Assembly (NCBI GenBank): GCA_007130145.1
Contig: SLSY01000102.1
Coordinates: 1 to 50,615, forward strand
Length of the DNA: 50,615 nucleotides
Origin: Bacillota bacterium
GTDB lineage: Bacteria > Bacillota > Sulfobacillia > UBA8153
Direction: 5' to 3'
Under the pieces are notes generated by a model. It was not told where the DNA came from and searched no databases. It worked only from the letters and a program-made list of their open reading frames with translations. This document shows positions 1-10,349 of the stretch, piece after piece. Each line of letters begins with the position of its first letter. Position 1 is the stretch's first letter. A program made the position numbers and the translations under genes.

Positions 1-181
1 CTTCCTGATCCAGGCTCGTACGCAAGAAATCCCACGCTGTAATGATGCCTACTACCTCTTTGTTCTCCACCACCGGCAACACTTCAAAATGGTTCTCGCG
101 CATCGTGGCGATCACGTTGTCGAGCGGATCATCGGGTCTCACGGTAACAGGCTCAAAACTCATAATGTCTTTGACAAACAT
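1..181 (-). CDS. CBS domain-containing protein (N-terminal part only; the C-terminus runs off the window)
   Basis: The minus-strand ATG at 181-179 opens the frame MFVKDIMSFEPVTVRPDDPLDNVIATMRENHFEVLPVVENKEVVGIITAWDFLR, a typical CBS pair signature. The frame stays open to the window edge. Confidence 0.6.
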   Translation of the reverse strand, partial: MFVKDIMSFEPVTVRPDDPLDNVIATMRENHFEVLPVVENKEVVGIITAWDFLRTSLDQE

Positions 182-319
182 CGGCGTACCCCCCAACTCG
201 TAATGTGCTCACTATTCGTGAAACCGGATGAATTCACCTTCCCACTAGGGTAGGTGGGTGGTGGGCACGGTGCGTTTCTTCCTCTTCCCGTAAGCTAGCG
301 AGCGTGTTGGTGATTTATG

Positions 320-356
320 GGAAAGAGGCCGTGTGCCACCAGAGCAACACGGCCCC
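320..356 (-). terminator. Putative intrinsic terminator downstream of grpE
   Basis: Inverted repeat GGCCGTGT (327-334) / ACACGGCC (347-354). On the minus strand it is followed by TCTTTCCC. The 12-nt loop is large and the U-tract is weak. Confidence 0.4.
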
Positions 357-372
357 TTGTGAACGGATCTGA

Positions 373-900
373 CTATTCGCCGGACGGACGAGCCACGCGC
401 ACCCGGGCACAGCGCAGCAAATCCCCACCGTATAAGTACCCCCGGCGGATCTCGTCGGTCACGGTCTCCTCGTCATACTCATCGCACTCCCATGCGGCCA
501 CGGCCTCATGAACGGCCGGATCGAAGGGCTCTCCCACCGCCGGTACCGATTCCACACCCTCCTGGATTAGGGTCTTCTCCAGCTGGCGGTAGATCATCTC
601 CACTCCCTGCCGGAAACCCGCCTCATCCGCTGTGGCCAGAGCGCGATCAAAGTCATCCATGACCCCTAAGAGCGCCAAAAGCAGGTCTTCTTTGCCTCTG
701 CGCACGCGTCGCTCAAAATCTCTCTCCACCCGCTTGCGGTAGTTCTCCAGATCAGCCCGGGCCCGCAGGAAGGCATTCCAATTCTCCTCGGCCTGGGCCT
801 GTGCTTCAGCGAGCTGGTCTCGCAGCGCATCTAGCTCATCTTGATCATTGTCACCTGCCGTCTTGTGACGAGTCGTCTCTTCGGTCACCTGCTTCACCAC
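373..900 (-). CDS. grpE: Nucleotide exchange factor GrpE
   Basis: 175 aa with a coiled-coil N-terminus and the GrpE core NYRKRVERDFERRVRRGKEDLLLALLGVMDDFDRAL. It directly abuts the dnaK stop codon. Confidence 0.95.
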   Translation of the reverse strand: MVKQVTEETTRHKTAGDNDQDELDALRDQLAEAQAQAEENWNAFLRARADLENYRKRVERDFERRVRRGKEDLLLALLGVMDDFDRALATADEAGFRQGVEMIYRQLEKTLIQEGVESVPAVGEPFDPAVHEAVAAWECDEYDEETVTDEIRRGYLYGGDLLRCARVRVARPSGE

Positions 901-2799
901 CTATTGCTCCTCGTTATCCTCTCTATCCTTGAACTCTGCGTCCATCACGTCCTCATCGGGGGGTGATTCCTCTTCCGCCCCACCGCCGTCTGCGTCTTTT
1001 TGCTTGTAGAGTTCTTCGGCGAGCTTGTAGGATGCTTGCTGCAGTGCCTCCATGGTCTGCCGGATGGCATCGGCATCCTCGCCTTCCAGCGCTTCCTTGA
1101 GAGCTGTGAGAGCAGATTCTACCTTCTCCCGTTCCTCTGGCGCCAGCTTGTCGCCGACTTCCTTCAGATTTTTCTCCACACCATAAGCCAAGCCATCTGC
1201 CTGGTTTCGCAGCTCGATGGTCTCTTTGCGCTTGGCATCCTCCTCGGCATGCTTCTCGGCTTCGTCCACCATATTGTCCACCTCTTCGCGGGACAGCTGG
1301 GTGGATGCTGTGATGGTAATCTTTTGCTCCCGCCCGGTTCCCACATCCTTGGCGGTGACGTTGAGTATGCCATTTTGGTCAATATCAAAGGTCACTTCAA
1401 TCTGCGGAACCCCACGTGGCGCCGCCGGAATTCCGGTCAAGTGGAAACGTCCCAAGGTCCGGTTGTCTTTTGCCATGGGTCGTTCTCCCTGTAAGACATG
1501 GATTTCTACCTGCGTCTGCCCGTCCGCCGCTGTGGTAAAGGTTTGGCTCTTGCGGGTGGGAATGGTGGTGTTACGCGAAATGAGCGTTGTGCTTACACCC
1601 CCAAGGGTCTCAATACCCAGGGTCAGAGGCGTTACGTCCAGAAGTACGACATCCTTGACATCACCAGCCAGTACCCCGGCCTGAATGGCCGCACCCACGG
1701 CCACCACTTCATCAGGGTTAACCCCCCGGTGAGGATCCTTGCCCGTAAGTCTCTTGACCAGTTCCTGAATGACAGGCATCCGCGTAGCCCCACCCACCAG
1801 AATGACCTCATCCAGCTGGTCAGCTGTGAGTTTGGCATCCTCCAGAGCTTGCTTAAACGGTCCGACGGTCCTGTTCGTCAATTCCTCGGTCAGTTCCTCA
1901 AACTTCGCCCGGGTCAGTTTGGCCTCCATGTGCTTGGCACCCGACTGGTCAGCGGTGATGAAGGGCAGGCTGATGGTGGTCTCCAGCACTGAGGACAGCT
2001 CTTGCTTGGCCTTTTCCGCCGCCTCCATCAGACGTTGCAATGCCTGACGGTCCTTTCTTAGGTCAATGCCTTCATCGCGCTTGAACAGGTCCGCCAGATA
2101 ATCTACCACGCGCTGGTCGTAGTCATCGCCTCCGAGGTGGGTATCCCCGGCAGTGGACTTGACTTCGAAAACACCATCTCCTACTTCCAAAATGGAGACA
2201 TCAAAGGTGCCTCCCCCCAAATCCCATACCAGAATCGTTTCGTTGGACTTCTTATCCAATCCATAGGCCAAAGAAGCAGCCGTTGGTTCATTGATGATGC
2301 GCTGCACCTCCAGGCCGGCAATGCGCCCGGCATCCTTGGTGGCCTGACGCTGCGAGTCGTTGAAGTGAGCGGGTACTGTGATCACCGCCTGCGTAACCTG
2401 TTCACCTAAGTACGCTTCCGCATCCTCTTTGAGTTTGCGCAAGATCATGGCGGAAATCTCTTCCGGCGTCAGGTTTTTATCAATAGCCGGGATCTTCACC
2501 CTGACATCCTGACTGTCCCCTTTGACAATGTCATAAGGAGATCGCTCCCGCTCCAGATCAACCTCATCGTAGCGCCTACCCATGAAGCGCTTAATCGAAG
2601 CTACCGTGTTCTGGGAGTTAAGAACGGCTTGACGCCGGGCCATCTGCCCTACCAGCCGTTCGCCCCCCCGCGAGAAACCCACGACCGACGGGGTCAAACG
2701 CGAACCCTCTGCATTGATGATGACTGTGGGTTTGCCCGCTTCCATTACCGAGACCACCGAGTTGGTCGTCCCCAGGTCAATTCCAACAATTTTTGCCAA
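901..2799 (-). CDS. dnaK: Molecular chaperone DnaK (Hsp70)
   Basis: 632 aa with [24 protein letters not shown] and [11 protein letters not shown], the canonical Hsp70 signatures. Confidence 0.98.
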   Translation of the reverse strand: MAKIVGIDLGTTNSVVSVMEAGKPTVIINAEGSRLTPSVVGFSRGGERLVGQMARRQAVLNSQNTVASIKRFMGRRYDEVDLERERSPYDIVKGDSQDVRVKIPAIDKNLTPEEISAMILRKLKEDAEAYLGEQVTQAVITVPAHFNDSQRQATKDAGRIAGLEVQRIINEPTAASLAYGLDKKSNETILVWDLGGGTFDVSILEVGDGVFEVKSTAGDTHLGGDDYDQRVVDYLADLFKRDEGIDLRKDRQALQRLMEAAEKAKQELSSVLETTISLPFITADQSGAKHMEAKLTRAKFEELTEELTNRTVGPFKQALEDAKLTADQLDEVILVGGATRMPVIQELVKRLTGKDPHRGVNPDEVVAVGAAIQAGVLAGDVKDVVLLDVTPLTLGIETLGGVSTTLISRNTTIPTRKSQTFTTAADGQTQVEIHVLQGERPMAKDNRTLGRFHLTGIPAAPRGVPQIEVTFDIDQNGILNVTAKDVGTGREQKITITASTQLSREEVDNMVDEAEKHAEEDAKRKETIELRNQADGLAYGVEKNLKEVGDKLAPEEREKVESALTALKEALEGEDADAIRQTMEALQQASYKLAEELYKQKDADGGGAEEESPPDEDVMDAEFKDREDNEEQ

Positions 2800-2813
2800 A
2801 TCTGATGCACCTC

Positions 2814-3128
2814 CTACATCTTAACGTGCTTTGGCGCCGCCGTCGGGCCGCCTGAATCCACGGCACGATCCATGGCACGTTCCATCTCCAACAGAGCTTT
2901 GATACCAGCCAGGTTTATGCCCTGGCAGCGATGCAAGTAAAGGATGCGGGCCAACAAGCGCATATCATTTTCAGAGTAAAGTCGCGTGTTGGCATCGGTT
3001 CGGGCTACATCAAGCAACCCCTCCCGGTCGAACTGTCTCAGCACCTGCGTGGAAACGCCAAGCAGACGAGCGGCAACGCCGATGGTATACACCGGTTCAT
3101 CGGGTCCATGCAGTCGCACAGTTCTCAC
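2814..3128 (-). CDS. hspR: MerR-family heat-shock transcriptional regulator (HspR-like)
   Basis: 104 aa with an N-terminal MerR HTH ([26 protein letters not shown]) and a dimerisation helix. It lies 14 nt upstream of dnaK on the same strand. The in-frame GTG at 3119 is the better start: the SD GGAAGGGG sits about 8 nt upstream of it. Confidence 0.75.
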   Translation of the reverse strand: MRTVRLHGPDEPVYTIGVAARLLGVSTQVLRQFDREGLLDVARTDANTRLYSENDMRLLARILYLHRCQGINLAGIKALLEMERAMDRAVDSGGPTAAPKHVKM

Positions 3129-3147
3129 CCCTTCCTATACCTTTTCC

Positions 3148-3177
3148 ATTATAGAAAAGCTCTGGCTACACTGTCAA
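3148..3177 (-). promoter_or_regulatory. Consensus sigma-A-type promoter for the hspR-dnaK-grpE operon
   Basis: On the minus strand: TTGACA (3177-3172), an 18-nt spacer, then TATAAT (3153-3148). The -10 element ends about 20-30 nt upstream of the candidate start codons. Confidence 0.65.
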
Positions 3178-3431
3178 TGATAGTCTCTCCTCACTTTACG
3201 ATCTATTATGGGGACGCGGACAACTTTGTTGATTGCACATCCTGCACAATACAGGGCCGGTTCTCCTCGGTCAGGATGAGATGGAAAGGGAGCGCTGGGC
3301 CGGGGGCTGGCCGGCGTCCACATCTTGGCTACCAAAGACTCCGTGCCTGATCCTTGACCTGATGAAGCCATTCCTTTGCTCTGATCGCCACGACTCCTGC
3401 CCCCAGAAATCCCCCTCTGGATACTGGCACA

Positions 3432-3466
3432 AGCAATGCCCGGATCCTGACGACCCGGGCATTGCT
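3432..3466 (-). terminator. Strong hairpin just downstream of the M24 peptidase stop (terminator-like, no clear U-tract)
   Basis: Perfect 12-bp inverted repeat AGCAATGCCCGG (3432-3443) / CCGGGCATTGCT (3455-3466) with an 11-nt loop. Confidence 0.4.
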
Positions 3467-3472
3467 CCCTCT

Positions 3473-4681
3473 CTAGCGATGTGGGTTGGCCAGCCAGATC
3501 TCCTCTTGAGGAGCAATGAGCCACTCGGCTCCCTGCTCGGTGACAACCACCATTTCCTCGGCCCCGTAGCGCCCAATGCTTGTCTTTGCCCCCGGCTCCA
3601 AGGTAAACACATTGCCTACTTCGAGCATGCCTGCAGAAATCTTGGCATAACGCGGCCAATCCCGCGGACCAAGAACCACGCCGCCATCGTGAGCTCCCTG
3701 CCCCACTTGATGCCCCAGCGCACTCTTGTATTCGGGGTAACCCGCTTCCACCAATGTGCTGCGGGCGATGGCGTCGATCTCATACCCGTGCATGCCCGGA
3801 CGCATCGCGTCCTTGGCCGCGCGTATGGCCCGGCGCACAACTTCCCCGGCCTGGCGAGCTTCGGCCGGGGGCTGGGGTTGGCTAGCGCTGGGTAAATACC
3901 AAGTGCGCTGCAGATCAGACACATAGCCGTCTTGCTTGACCCCAAAATCGATGGAAAAGAGCGTGCCCTCCTGCAGCTTGAGCGTAGCACTGGGTGCGTT
4001 GTGGCCTGCCACCGACTCGGGACCCGCCGTAATTCCGGGGCACCAGCGGCGGTCCCATCCGGTCTGAACGCCCAGTTCATCACATTTTTGGTGGATGAAC
4101 TTCATCGCATCCATCTCCGTGATCCCCGGACGCAGGTAGTCGGTGAGGGCATCCCAGATCTGGGCCGTAGTCTGACAGGCGGCTTTGAGCAAATCCACTT
4201 CCCGGGCCACTTTGCGCCCCCTTAAGGCACTGACCACATCCTCGGCCGTGGTCAGCCTCTCAAGATATGGTGTGCCCGATAGAAGTTCCTCGAGTTTCAA
4301 CCGCAGGCCGTATTTGAGACCGTCAGCGGTGAAATTATCCGCGCTGTAATTCAACCCAATGCGGGCGGGATCGAGTTCTTGCAACAGCGGCAGCAGCTGT
4401 TCGCGAATGTCCAACTCATAGCCTACCACTTTCGTGAATAACCCCGTGGATGCCAAGTTCTCGACATCATAATTGGCCACCACGGCATAGGCCTCGCCCT
4501 CCTTGGTAATCATGAACACGGTAAGCCCAATGATGGTTGTGGGTAGCCAAAGGTCCAAACTGGGGTCACTTTGGCCCATGGTGCCCGACTCGCGATCCAG
4601 CATCATCCAGCAGTCCAGATCCTTCTCCCGCAGCAGCGCCACGGCTTGTTCCAATTTGTCCCGATGCACGCTCATGTTCAC
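3473..4681 (-). CDS. M24-family metallopeptidase (Xaa-Pro aminopeptidase / creatinase-like)
   Basis: 402 aa with a creatinase-like N-terminal domain and a pita-bread C-terminal domain (SIDFGVKQDGYVSDL, GHQVGQGAHDGG, NVFTLEPG). Confidence 0.85.
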   Translation of the reverse strand: MNMSVHRDKLEQAVALLREKDLDCWMMLDRESGTMGQSDPSLDLWLPTTIIGLTVFMITKEGEAYAVVANYDVENLASTGLFTKVVGYELDIREQLLPLLQELDPARIGLNYSADNFTADGLKYGLRLKLEELLSGTPYLERLTTAEDVVSALRGRKVAREVDLLKAACQTTAQIWDALTDYLRPGITEMDAMKFIHQKCDELGVQTGWDRRWCPGITAGPESVAGHNAPSATLKLQEGTLFSIDFGVKQDGYVSDLQRTWYLPSASQPQPPAEARQAGEVVRRAIRAAKDAMRPGMHGYEIDAIARSTLVEAGYPEYKSALGHQVGQGAHDGGVVLGPRDWPRYAKISAGMLEVGNVFTLEPGAKTSIGRYGAEEMVVVTEQGAEWLIAPQEEIWLANPHR

Positions 4682-4831
4682 ACGTCCCTTCGCTTCCCTT
4701 AGCCACTACGTCTTGGCTTTCGACGATCACCTGCCCCCTTCCTCCATTGGCACAAAATGCGGCTTCACGCAAACGGGTGAGAGTGTGGTATCCTAAAGGC
4801 AAAACTGCCATTGTGAAGAGGAGATGATGAC

Positions 4832-5269
4832 ATGTGCTGTCCCTCCAAGCAGGAACTCAAAGAGAAACTGACTCCCATGCAGTTTCACGTCACGCAGAAT
4901 AACGGGACAGAACCACCGTTCTCCAACCCCTACTGGAATGAGACGCGCGACGGCATTTACGTTGATATCATCACCAAAGAGCCGCTCTTTAGCTCCCGGG
5001 ACAAGTTCGACGCCGGTTGTGGGTGGCCGAGCTTCTCTCGTCCTCTGAACCGAGAGACCCTGAACGAAGCAGAAGATCGCAGCCACAACATGCGCCGAAC
5101 CGAAGTACGGGCAAAGATGAGCGATGCCCATCTGGGCCATGTCTTTGATGATGGTCCCCGCGAGCAGGGCGGACTGCGCTACTGCATCAATTCCGCCGCT
5201 TTGCGCTTTATCCCCAAAGAAGACATGGAAAAAGAAGGTTACGGGGAATGGCTCCCTTTGTTTGAGTAA
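4832..5269 (+). CDS. msrB: Peptide-methionine (R)-S-oxide reductase MsrB
   Basis: 145 aa with the SelR signatures [18 protein letters not shown] and [10 protein letters not shown]...[17 protein letters not shown] lies upstream. Confidence 0.93.
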   Translation: MCCPSKQELKEKLTPMQFHVTQNNGTEPPFSNPYWNETRDGIYVDIITKEPLFSSRDKFDAGCGWPSFSRPLNRETLNEAEDRSHNMRRTEVRAKMSDAHLGHVFDDGPREQGGLRYCINSAALRFIPKEDMEKEGYGEWLPLFE

Positions 5270-5317
5270 AAAGCCCGGCCGGTGCCTGCATGAGGGGCGA
5301 CTCACGCCACCGGTGCA

Positions 5318-6460
5318 TCATGACAGCTGTTCGCGACAGTAGTCTCTCCAGCGCTGCAGGCCCCGTGGGAAGTCCTGCCGGCCAAAGCCGATGCGAACAT
5401 GATGGTCTCCGAAGTCATACAGGCTGGCCGGCAGGAGCAAGACTCCTGCCTCCTGGATGAGACGACGGCAGTAGTCATCGGCTCCTTCTTGGCACAAGCG
5501 GGGGAAGGCGATGGTACCGGCCTTGGGTCGCCGCCAAACAAACAGCTGGGCAAATTCAGCAAAAAATTCGTCTGCCAGATCCAGGTTGCGCTGGATGAGC
5601 GAGAGATTTCGCTCTAAGAGCCGGTCACGGTGGCAAAGAGCAAGCTGGGCCAGGAATTCACTGGGAGCGCTGGTACAGATGGAAGTGTAGTCCTTTATCC
5701 GGGCCATGGCATCAAGCAAGCTCGCATCCTGACTGGCCGCCCAACCCAAGCGCAGACCGGCCAAGCCAAAGGACTTGGACATGACGCCAATGGACAGGGC
5801 CCGCTCATAGAGGTCACACACCCAGGGCAGGCGGATCCACTCCTCATATTCGCTGTAGCGGTAGACTTCATCGGCCAGGAGGAACAGATCATGTGAGCGC
5901 GCTAAAGCGACCAAACGCTCCATCTCCTCTGGTGTGAAGCAATATCCGGTCGGATTGTGGGGGGTATTGATGATGATGGCGCGCGTGCGCTCGCCCAGGG
6001 CCGCCTCCAGTTCCTCCATGTCCAGTTCCCATACTCCTTGCCGTTCGCGCATGGCCCACAACGTAACATCACAGCCCCTCCAACGGGCCATCTCAGCAAG
6101 GGACTGGTAACAGGGAAATTGCACGATCACGTGATCCCCGGGCGCCAAAGCGGCCAGCGCCCACGTGAAGATTGCCTCTTGGGCGCCAGCATGTACCAGA
6201 AGGTTTTGGGCACCACATGTCTGATAGAGGCTTGCCAGCGTCTCGCGCAGTTGGGGATGACCGGCGGCTTCGGTGTAGCCGAGCCCTAAGGCCTCAAAGC
6301 CTGCGCGAGCTTGGGGGTCAAGGGCCAACAGCTCGCCGATGCTAAAGGATTCAGCATCGGAACTGGCCAGCTGATGAGGCACGGTAAACTCGTAGCGGGC
6401 AAAGTATCGTTCCAGCTTAAATGCAGGCAACGACCGGTGGTTCGCAAGCGAGCGCGTCAT
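5318..6460 (-). CDS. PLP-dependent aminotransferase, class I/II
   Basis: 380 aa with IIINTPHNPTG and the PLP-lysine region SKSFGLAGLRLGW. Confidence 0.85.
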   Translation of the reverse strand: MTRSLANHRSLPAFKLERYFARYEFTVPHQLASSDAESFSIGELLALDPQARAGFEALGLGYTEAAGHPQLRETLASLYQTCGAQNLLVHAGAQEAIFTWALAALAPGDHVIVQFPCYQSLAEMARWRGCDVTLWAMRERQGVWELDMEELEAALGERTRAIIINTPHNPTGYCFTPEEMERLVALARSHDLFLLADEVYRYSEYEEWIRLPWVCDLYERALSIGVMSKSFGLAGLRLGWAASQDASLLDAMARIKDYTSICTSAPSEFLAQLALCHRDRLLERNLSLIQRNLDLADEFFAEFAQLFVWRRPKAGTIAFPRLCQEGADDYCRRLIQEAGVLLLPASLYDFGDHHVRIGFGRQDFPRGLQRWRDYCREQLS

Positions 6461-6649
6461 CGTGTTCTCCCTCCTGGCATCCGCACGTATTCATACGTAC
6501 GCCATTGGCTATTCACCCAGCGTTGTCCTTCCCAGCACGCGCTAGGAGATGGGCCCCGGGGTTTCTCTTTGACCAAAGGACAGGAGTCTCACGCATTGTG
6601 TGGAAGCTTTGCAAAGGGGTTGCAAGACTTATGCAGAGGAGAGATCACC

Positions 6650-8305
6650 ATGCCTGACGATACGTTTGCCCAGCTGTGCCAGCGCTATCTGGAGCAACGC
6701 TGGTACCACGATCCAGTGGGGGCATCCGGCATGGGTATACACACCCATGACAGTGAATGGCCCGACCTATCCCAAGGGGGGCTACAAGCCCGTGAACGCA
6801 GCACCAGCACTATGTTACATGATCTAAATGACCTTCCTATAGGCAGCTTGAAAACGGCTGACGACCGCATTGATTACCAACTGATCCGCCTAGAGCTGGA
6901 GGCACGCCTCAGGGATTCCCAACTCAGGCTATGGGAACGCGCTCCCTACCAATATCCAGAAATCGCCGGTAGAGGCCTGCACAGCTTGCTGGAAAGGGAC
7001 TATGCGCCCTTACCCGAACGGGTCCGGGCGCTTGTTCGCCGCATGCAGGGAATCCCCGCCCTGTTGGACGTGGGCAAGGCCAACACGAGCGAGGAAGCAC
7101 CGCCACTGTGGGTGGACATCGCTATTGCTTCCAGCCTGGGACTGGACAAATTCCTGCAGGGCGCCGTCCCCGAAATGTCAGAACAAGTCCCCGAAAAGGC
7201 TCTGGCCTTACAGGAAGCTGCTATCGCAGCCAGTGAAGCCAACGCAGAGTTCAGACAGTTCTTGGAGGAACTGGCGCCCCGAGCTCGTGGTTCCTATGCC
7301 GTGGGCAAGACATACTTTGACGCCTTGCTTCGCGACAAGTTTCTCCTGGATCTGGACAGTGATCAGCTGCACGAATTTGGCCTGTGGAGCATCGAAAATT
7401 CTCTGGAGAAGCTGACCGAGGTAGCAAGCCGCATCGTTGCGGGCAAAGACTGGGCCGAAGTGATGGATCTGGTGAAGGAGGACCATTGCCAGCCCGATGA
7501 ACTCCTAACCGCTTATCAAAAGGAGATTGAGCGCTGCCGCGACTTCGTGCAAGAGAAGGAACTGGTGACAATTCCACCGGGCGAGCGTTGCGACATGGCC
7601 CCGACCCCCGTCTTTCTTCTGTCCCGCTTTCCCATGGGCCACTTTAGCATGGTGCGACCTTTCGAACAGGCAAATCAAGGCTACTGGTTCATGACCCCGG
7701 TAGACACAGAGCAACCCTGGGAGAAACAAAAGCAACATCTGCGGGACAATAACTACCACTTCATGCGCGCGATCACCTTGCATGAATGCTATCCCGGCCA
7801 TCACTTGCAGGGTTACTACAGCAAACTGCATCGGTCCGACATCCGCAAGAGCTCATTTGACACCATATACGGTGAAGGTTGGGGCCTTTACACAGAAGAA
7901 ATGATGTACGAGGCAGGCTTTCTGAATGACCCCCGCGATCGGTTGGTGCAGCTGCGCAATGAACTGTGGCGTGGCGTCCGTATCGTCATTGACACGGGAT
8001 TGCACACAGCCAATATGGGGTTTGAAGAAGCGACGCAGCTACTCATGGATAAGGTTCGCTTCGAACGCCTGTGGGCGGAAGGCGAGATCCGCCGTTACAC
8101 CACATCTCCCACCCAGCCTTCCAGCTATCTGGTAGGGCGCAACGTGCTTCTCAACCTTCGTAATGACTACCAACAAGAGCGGGGCGATGCCTTTCACCTC
8201 AAGGAATTCCATGACCGGCTGTTGTCGTTGGGGTCGATTCCTCTGGCCTTGGTGCGCCAGGAGTTGTTGGGCGAACAGACCCAAGCGCCCCGCCTTCGCT
8301 ATTAA
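6650..8305 (+). CDS. DUF885-family protein (putative metallopeptidase-like)
   Basis: The track ORF starts at 6311, but that stretch overlaps the convergently read 5' end of the aminotransferase. The ATG at 6650 follows a GGAGAG SD. The product (MPDDTFAQLCQRYLEQRWYHDP...) carries a HECYPGHH motif and the DUF885-like tail SYLVGRNVLL. Confidence 0.75.
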   Translation: MPDDTFAQLCQRYLEQRWYHDPVGASGMGIHTHDSEWPDLSQGGLQARERSTSTMLHDLNDLPIGSLKTADDRIDYQLIRLELEARLRDSQLRLWERAPYQYPEIAGRGLHSLLERDYAPLPERVRALVRRMQGIPALLDVGKANTSEEAPPLWVDIAIASSLGLDKFLQGAVPEMSEQVPEKALALQEAAIAASEANAEFRQFLEELAPRARGSYAVGKTYFDALLRDKFLLDLDSDQLHEFGLWSIENSLEKLTEVASRIVAGKDWAEVMDLVKEDHCQPDELLTAYQKEIERCRDFVQEKELVTIPPGERCDMAPTPVFLLSRFPMGHFSMVRPFEQANQGYWFMTPVDTEQPWEKQKQHLRDNNYHFMRAITLHECYPGHHLQGYYSKLHRSDIRKSSFDTIYGEGWGLYTEEMMYEAGFLNDPRDRLVQLRNELWRGVRIVIDTGLHTANMGFEEATQLLMDKVRFERLWAEGEIRRYTTSPTQPSSYLVGRNVLLNLRNDYQQERGDAFHLKEFHDRLLSLGSIPLALVRQELLGEQTQAPRLRY

Positions 8306-8329
8306 CAGGCCCTGTAATGAAAGAGGAGG

Positions 8330-9088
8330 ATGAAATCAAACATGCGTCTGGAAGGAAAGGTCGCCATTGTCACCGGAGCGGCCCGTGGTATTGGTCGTGG
8401 CATCGCCCAGCGCTTGGCGGAGGAGGGTGCCAAGATTGTCATTGCCGATATCCTCACCGCAGAAGCGGAAGAAACAGCACAGCTCATCCAGCGCCAAGGT
8501 GGTCAGGCACTGTCCTTGACGGTGGATGTCACCATCAAACACCTGGTTGATGAGATGGTGCAGCATACCCTCCAAACCTACGGTCAGCTGGATATCCTGG
8601 TCAATAACGCCGGTGTCATGGGGCGCAAGCACTTGGTGGACATCACAGAAGATGAATGGGATCGCATGGTGGATGTCAATATGAAGGGCGTCTTTCTTGC
8701 CAGTCAGGCTGCCGTGAGACATTTTCTGCAAGAGGGCGTAAGCGGCAAGATCATCAATATCGCCTCGGTGGAGGCGGAAATCGCCTTCCCTGATCAGGTT
8801 CATTACGCCGCCTCCAAAGCGGGTGTGGCCATGCTTACCAAAGCCATGGCGTACGATCTGGGACCGCTGGGCATCAATGTCAATGCCGTGGGACCGGGCA
8901 CCGTCGACAGCCACGGGCGCTTGGCCCAGGATCCCGAACGATTGCTGCGCTATCACGCCCTGATCCCGAAAAAGCGCGTGGCGGTACCGCGTGATATCGC
9001 CAGTGCCGTAACCTTTCTGGCCTCGGATGATGCCGATTACATCACCGGCCATATACTCTACGTGGATGGGGGCATGCTCACCCACTAA
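8330..9088 (+). CDS. SDR-family oxidoreductase (FabG / glucose dehydrogenase-like)
   Basis: 252 aa with the Rossmann motif TGAARGIGRGIA, NNAG, and catalytic YAASKAGV. A GAGGAGG SD lies upstream. Confidence 0.9.
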   Translation: MKSNMRLEGKVAIVTGAARGIGRGIAQRLAEEGAKIVIADILTAEAEETAQLIQRQGGQALSLTVDVTIKHLVDEMVQHTLQTYGQLDILVNNAGVMGRKHLVDITEDEWDRMVDVNMKGVFLASQAAVRHFLQEGVSGKIINIASVEAEIAFPDQVHYAASKAGVAMLTKAMAYDLGPLGINVNAVGPGTVDSHGRLAQDPERLLRYHALIPKKRVAVPRDIASAVTFLASDDADYITGHILYVDGGMLTH

Positions 9089-9102
9089 GCTAGTCTACGG
9101 CC

Positions 9103-9141
9103 GGGGCGTTCGGGACGGATCCACCCGAACGCCCTTTTTTT
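9103..9141 (+). terminator. Rho-independent terminator after the SDR gene
   Basis: GGGCGTTCGGG (9104-9114) pairs with CCCGAACGCCC (9124-9134) and is followed by T7 (9135-9141). Confidence 0.85.
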
Positions 9142-9209
9142 CACCCTTCATCGGCAAGGACTCAGGCCGTGAATAGAGAATATTCATATAACTACGAAGG
9201 GAGGATGTT

Positions 9210-10349
9210 ATGATGCAAATGCCAGACGACCGCCCCCTCTCCCGCTTGGGCCTGGGATCATACCACGTGGCCGGTGTCTACGGTGGTGTTGACGAAGAGA
9301 ATTTCGTCCGGCTGGTGCAAGTGGCCCGCGACGAGGGAGTGACCCTGTTCGACACCGCACCCTCGTACGGGGAAGGGGAAGTTTGGCTCGGACGTGCACT
9401 CTCTTGCCGGCGCGAGCACGTGCTGATTTCCAGCAAGTTCCTCCTCCCCCCTGAGACCACGCCTGTCAACGTGAAGGCCGCCGTCATCACGGCCTGTGAG
9501 GACAGTCTTCGCCGCCTCAAGACCGATTACATCGACCTTTATCACCTTCATTATGATGACGAGTCCATGCCGCACGAGCCGGTGATCGAATCACTCACCT
9601 TGCTCAGGGCAGCCGGTAAGATCCGCCGCTGTGGTTTGTCGCACGTTTGTTCCCAGCGCTTGGAAACGTACTTGGCGTCGGGTCTGTTTTCCACTGTGAT
9701 GATGGAATGGCACCCCCTAGCTTCTTCTCCTTTCTTTCGTGTGGCCAAACAGGCCCCGGCGGTTTCGCTTATCGGCTACAGCGTGACCGGTCGCGGCCTC
9801 TTCACCGGACGTTTCAACGGTCCGGTGTCTTTGACACCGGGGGACATTCGCAACCATGACCCCTTGTTTCGGCGGGAAAACCTCAGCGCAGGGCGCCGCA
9901 TCGTCGCTCGCCTCGGGGAACTCGGCCGCGAGCTGGAGAGACCGCCGACCCAACTATTGGTCGCCTGGGCACTGGCCCATGATCAGATTGCTTGCGTTCT
10001 CACCTCCACGACCAACGAGGCGCACCTTAGGGAAAACTTGGCGGGGACTCGTTATCAATGGCCAAAAGACGCCCTAACAGAGTTTTGCGCATTTGTCAGA
10101 CAAGTCCGGGAAGACACCCGCCTGAGCCGAAAACAGACGGTAGAGAGGCTGCTAAATGGAACGGTGCCCACGGATGTAACCAGCGCCCGGCGTGATATCA
10201 TATACGTCCTGGAAAGCATGCATAATGATGATGCGATCCCCTTACATGTCCTTATGCCCCTCTTCGGACAATGCCAAAAGGCCAGCAAGCTTGGGGATCT
10301 GGAGCTCATCTTCCGCCAGTTGCAGGAACTGGCAGGCCCGCCGGCATGA
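9210..10349 (+). CDS. Aldo/keto reductase with a C-terminal extension of about 60 aa
   Basis: 379 aa with LGLGSYHVAGVYGG, the LFDTAPSYGEGE motif, and IDLYHLH. A GGGAGG SD lies upstream. Confidence 0.85.
   Translation: MMQMPDDRPLSRLGLGSYHVAGVYGGVDEENFVRLVQVARDEGVTLFDTAPSYGEGEVWLGRALSCRREHVLISSKFLLPPETTPVNVKAAVITACEDSLRRLKTDYIDLYHLHYDDESMPHEPVIESLTLLRAAGKIRRCGLSHVCSQRLETYLASGLFSTVMMEWHPLASSPFFRVAKQAPAVSLIGYSVTGRGLFTGRFNGPVSLTPGDIRNHDPLFRRENLSAGRRIVARLGELGRELERPPTQLLVAWALAHDQIACVLTSTTNEAHLRENLAGTRYQWPKDALTEFCAFVRQVREDTRLSRKQTVERLLNGTVPTDVTSARRDIIYVLESMHNDDAIPLHVLMPLFGQCQKASKLGDLELIFRQLQELAGPPA

Noticed and set aside
216-238. Inverted repeat GTGAA-N10-TTCAC upstream of the CBS-domain gene, superficially like a Rex or CRP/FNR site.
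   Set aside because: The 10-nt spacing does not fit Rex (N6) or CRP/FNR (N6/N4) operators. I left it unassigned.
6311-6649. N-terminal 113-aa extension of the DUF885 ORF.
   Set aside because: It overlaps the 5' end of the aminotransferase on the opposite strand and has non-protein-like composition. An internal ATG with an SD at 6650 gives a sensible N-terminus.
8336-9085. 249-aa minus-strand ORF that exactly mirrors the SDR gene. Similar long antisense ORFs occur at 15062-15787, 15223-16227, 44556-45329, 45633-46382 and 47770-48687.
   Set aside because: These are typical shadow ORFs of high-GC coding DNA. Their translations are Arg/Gly/His-rich with no recognisable motifs. In each case the opposite strand carries a gene with strong family signatures.
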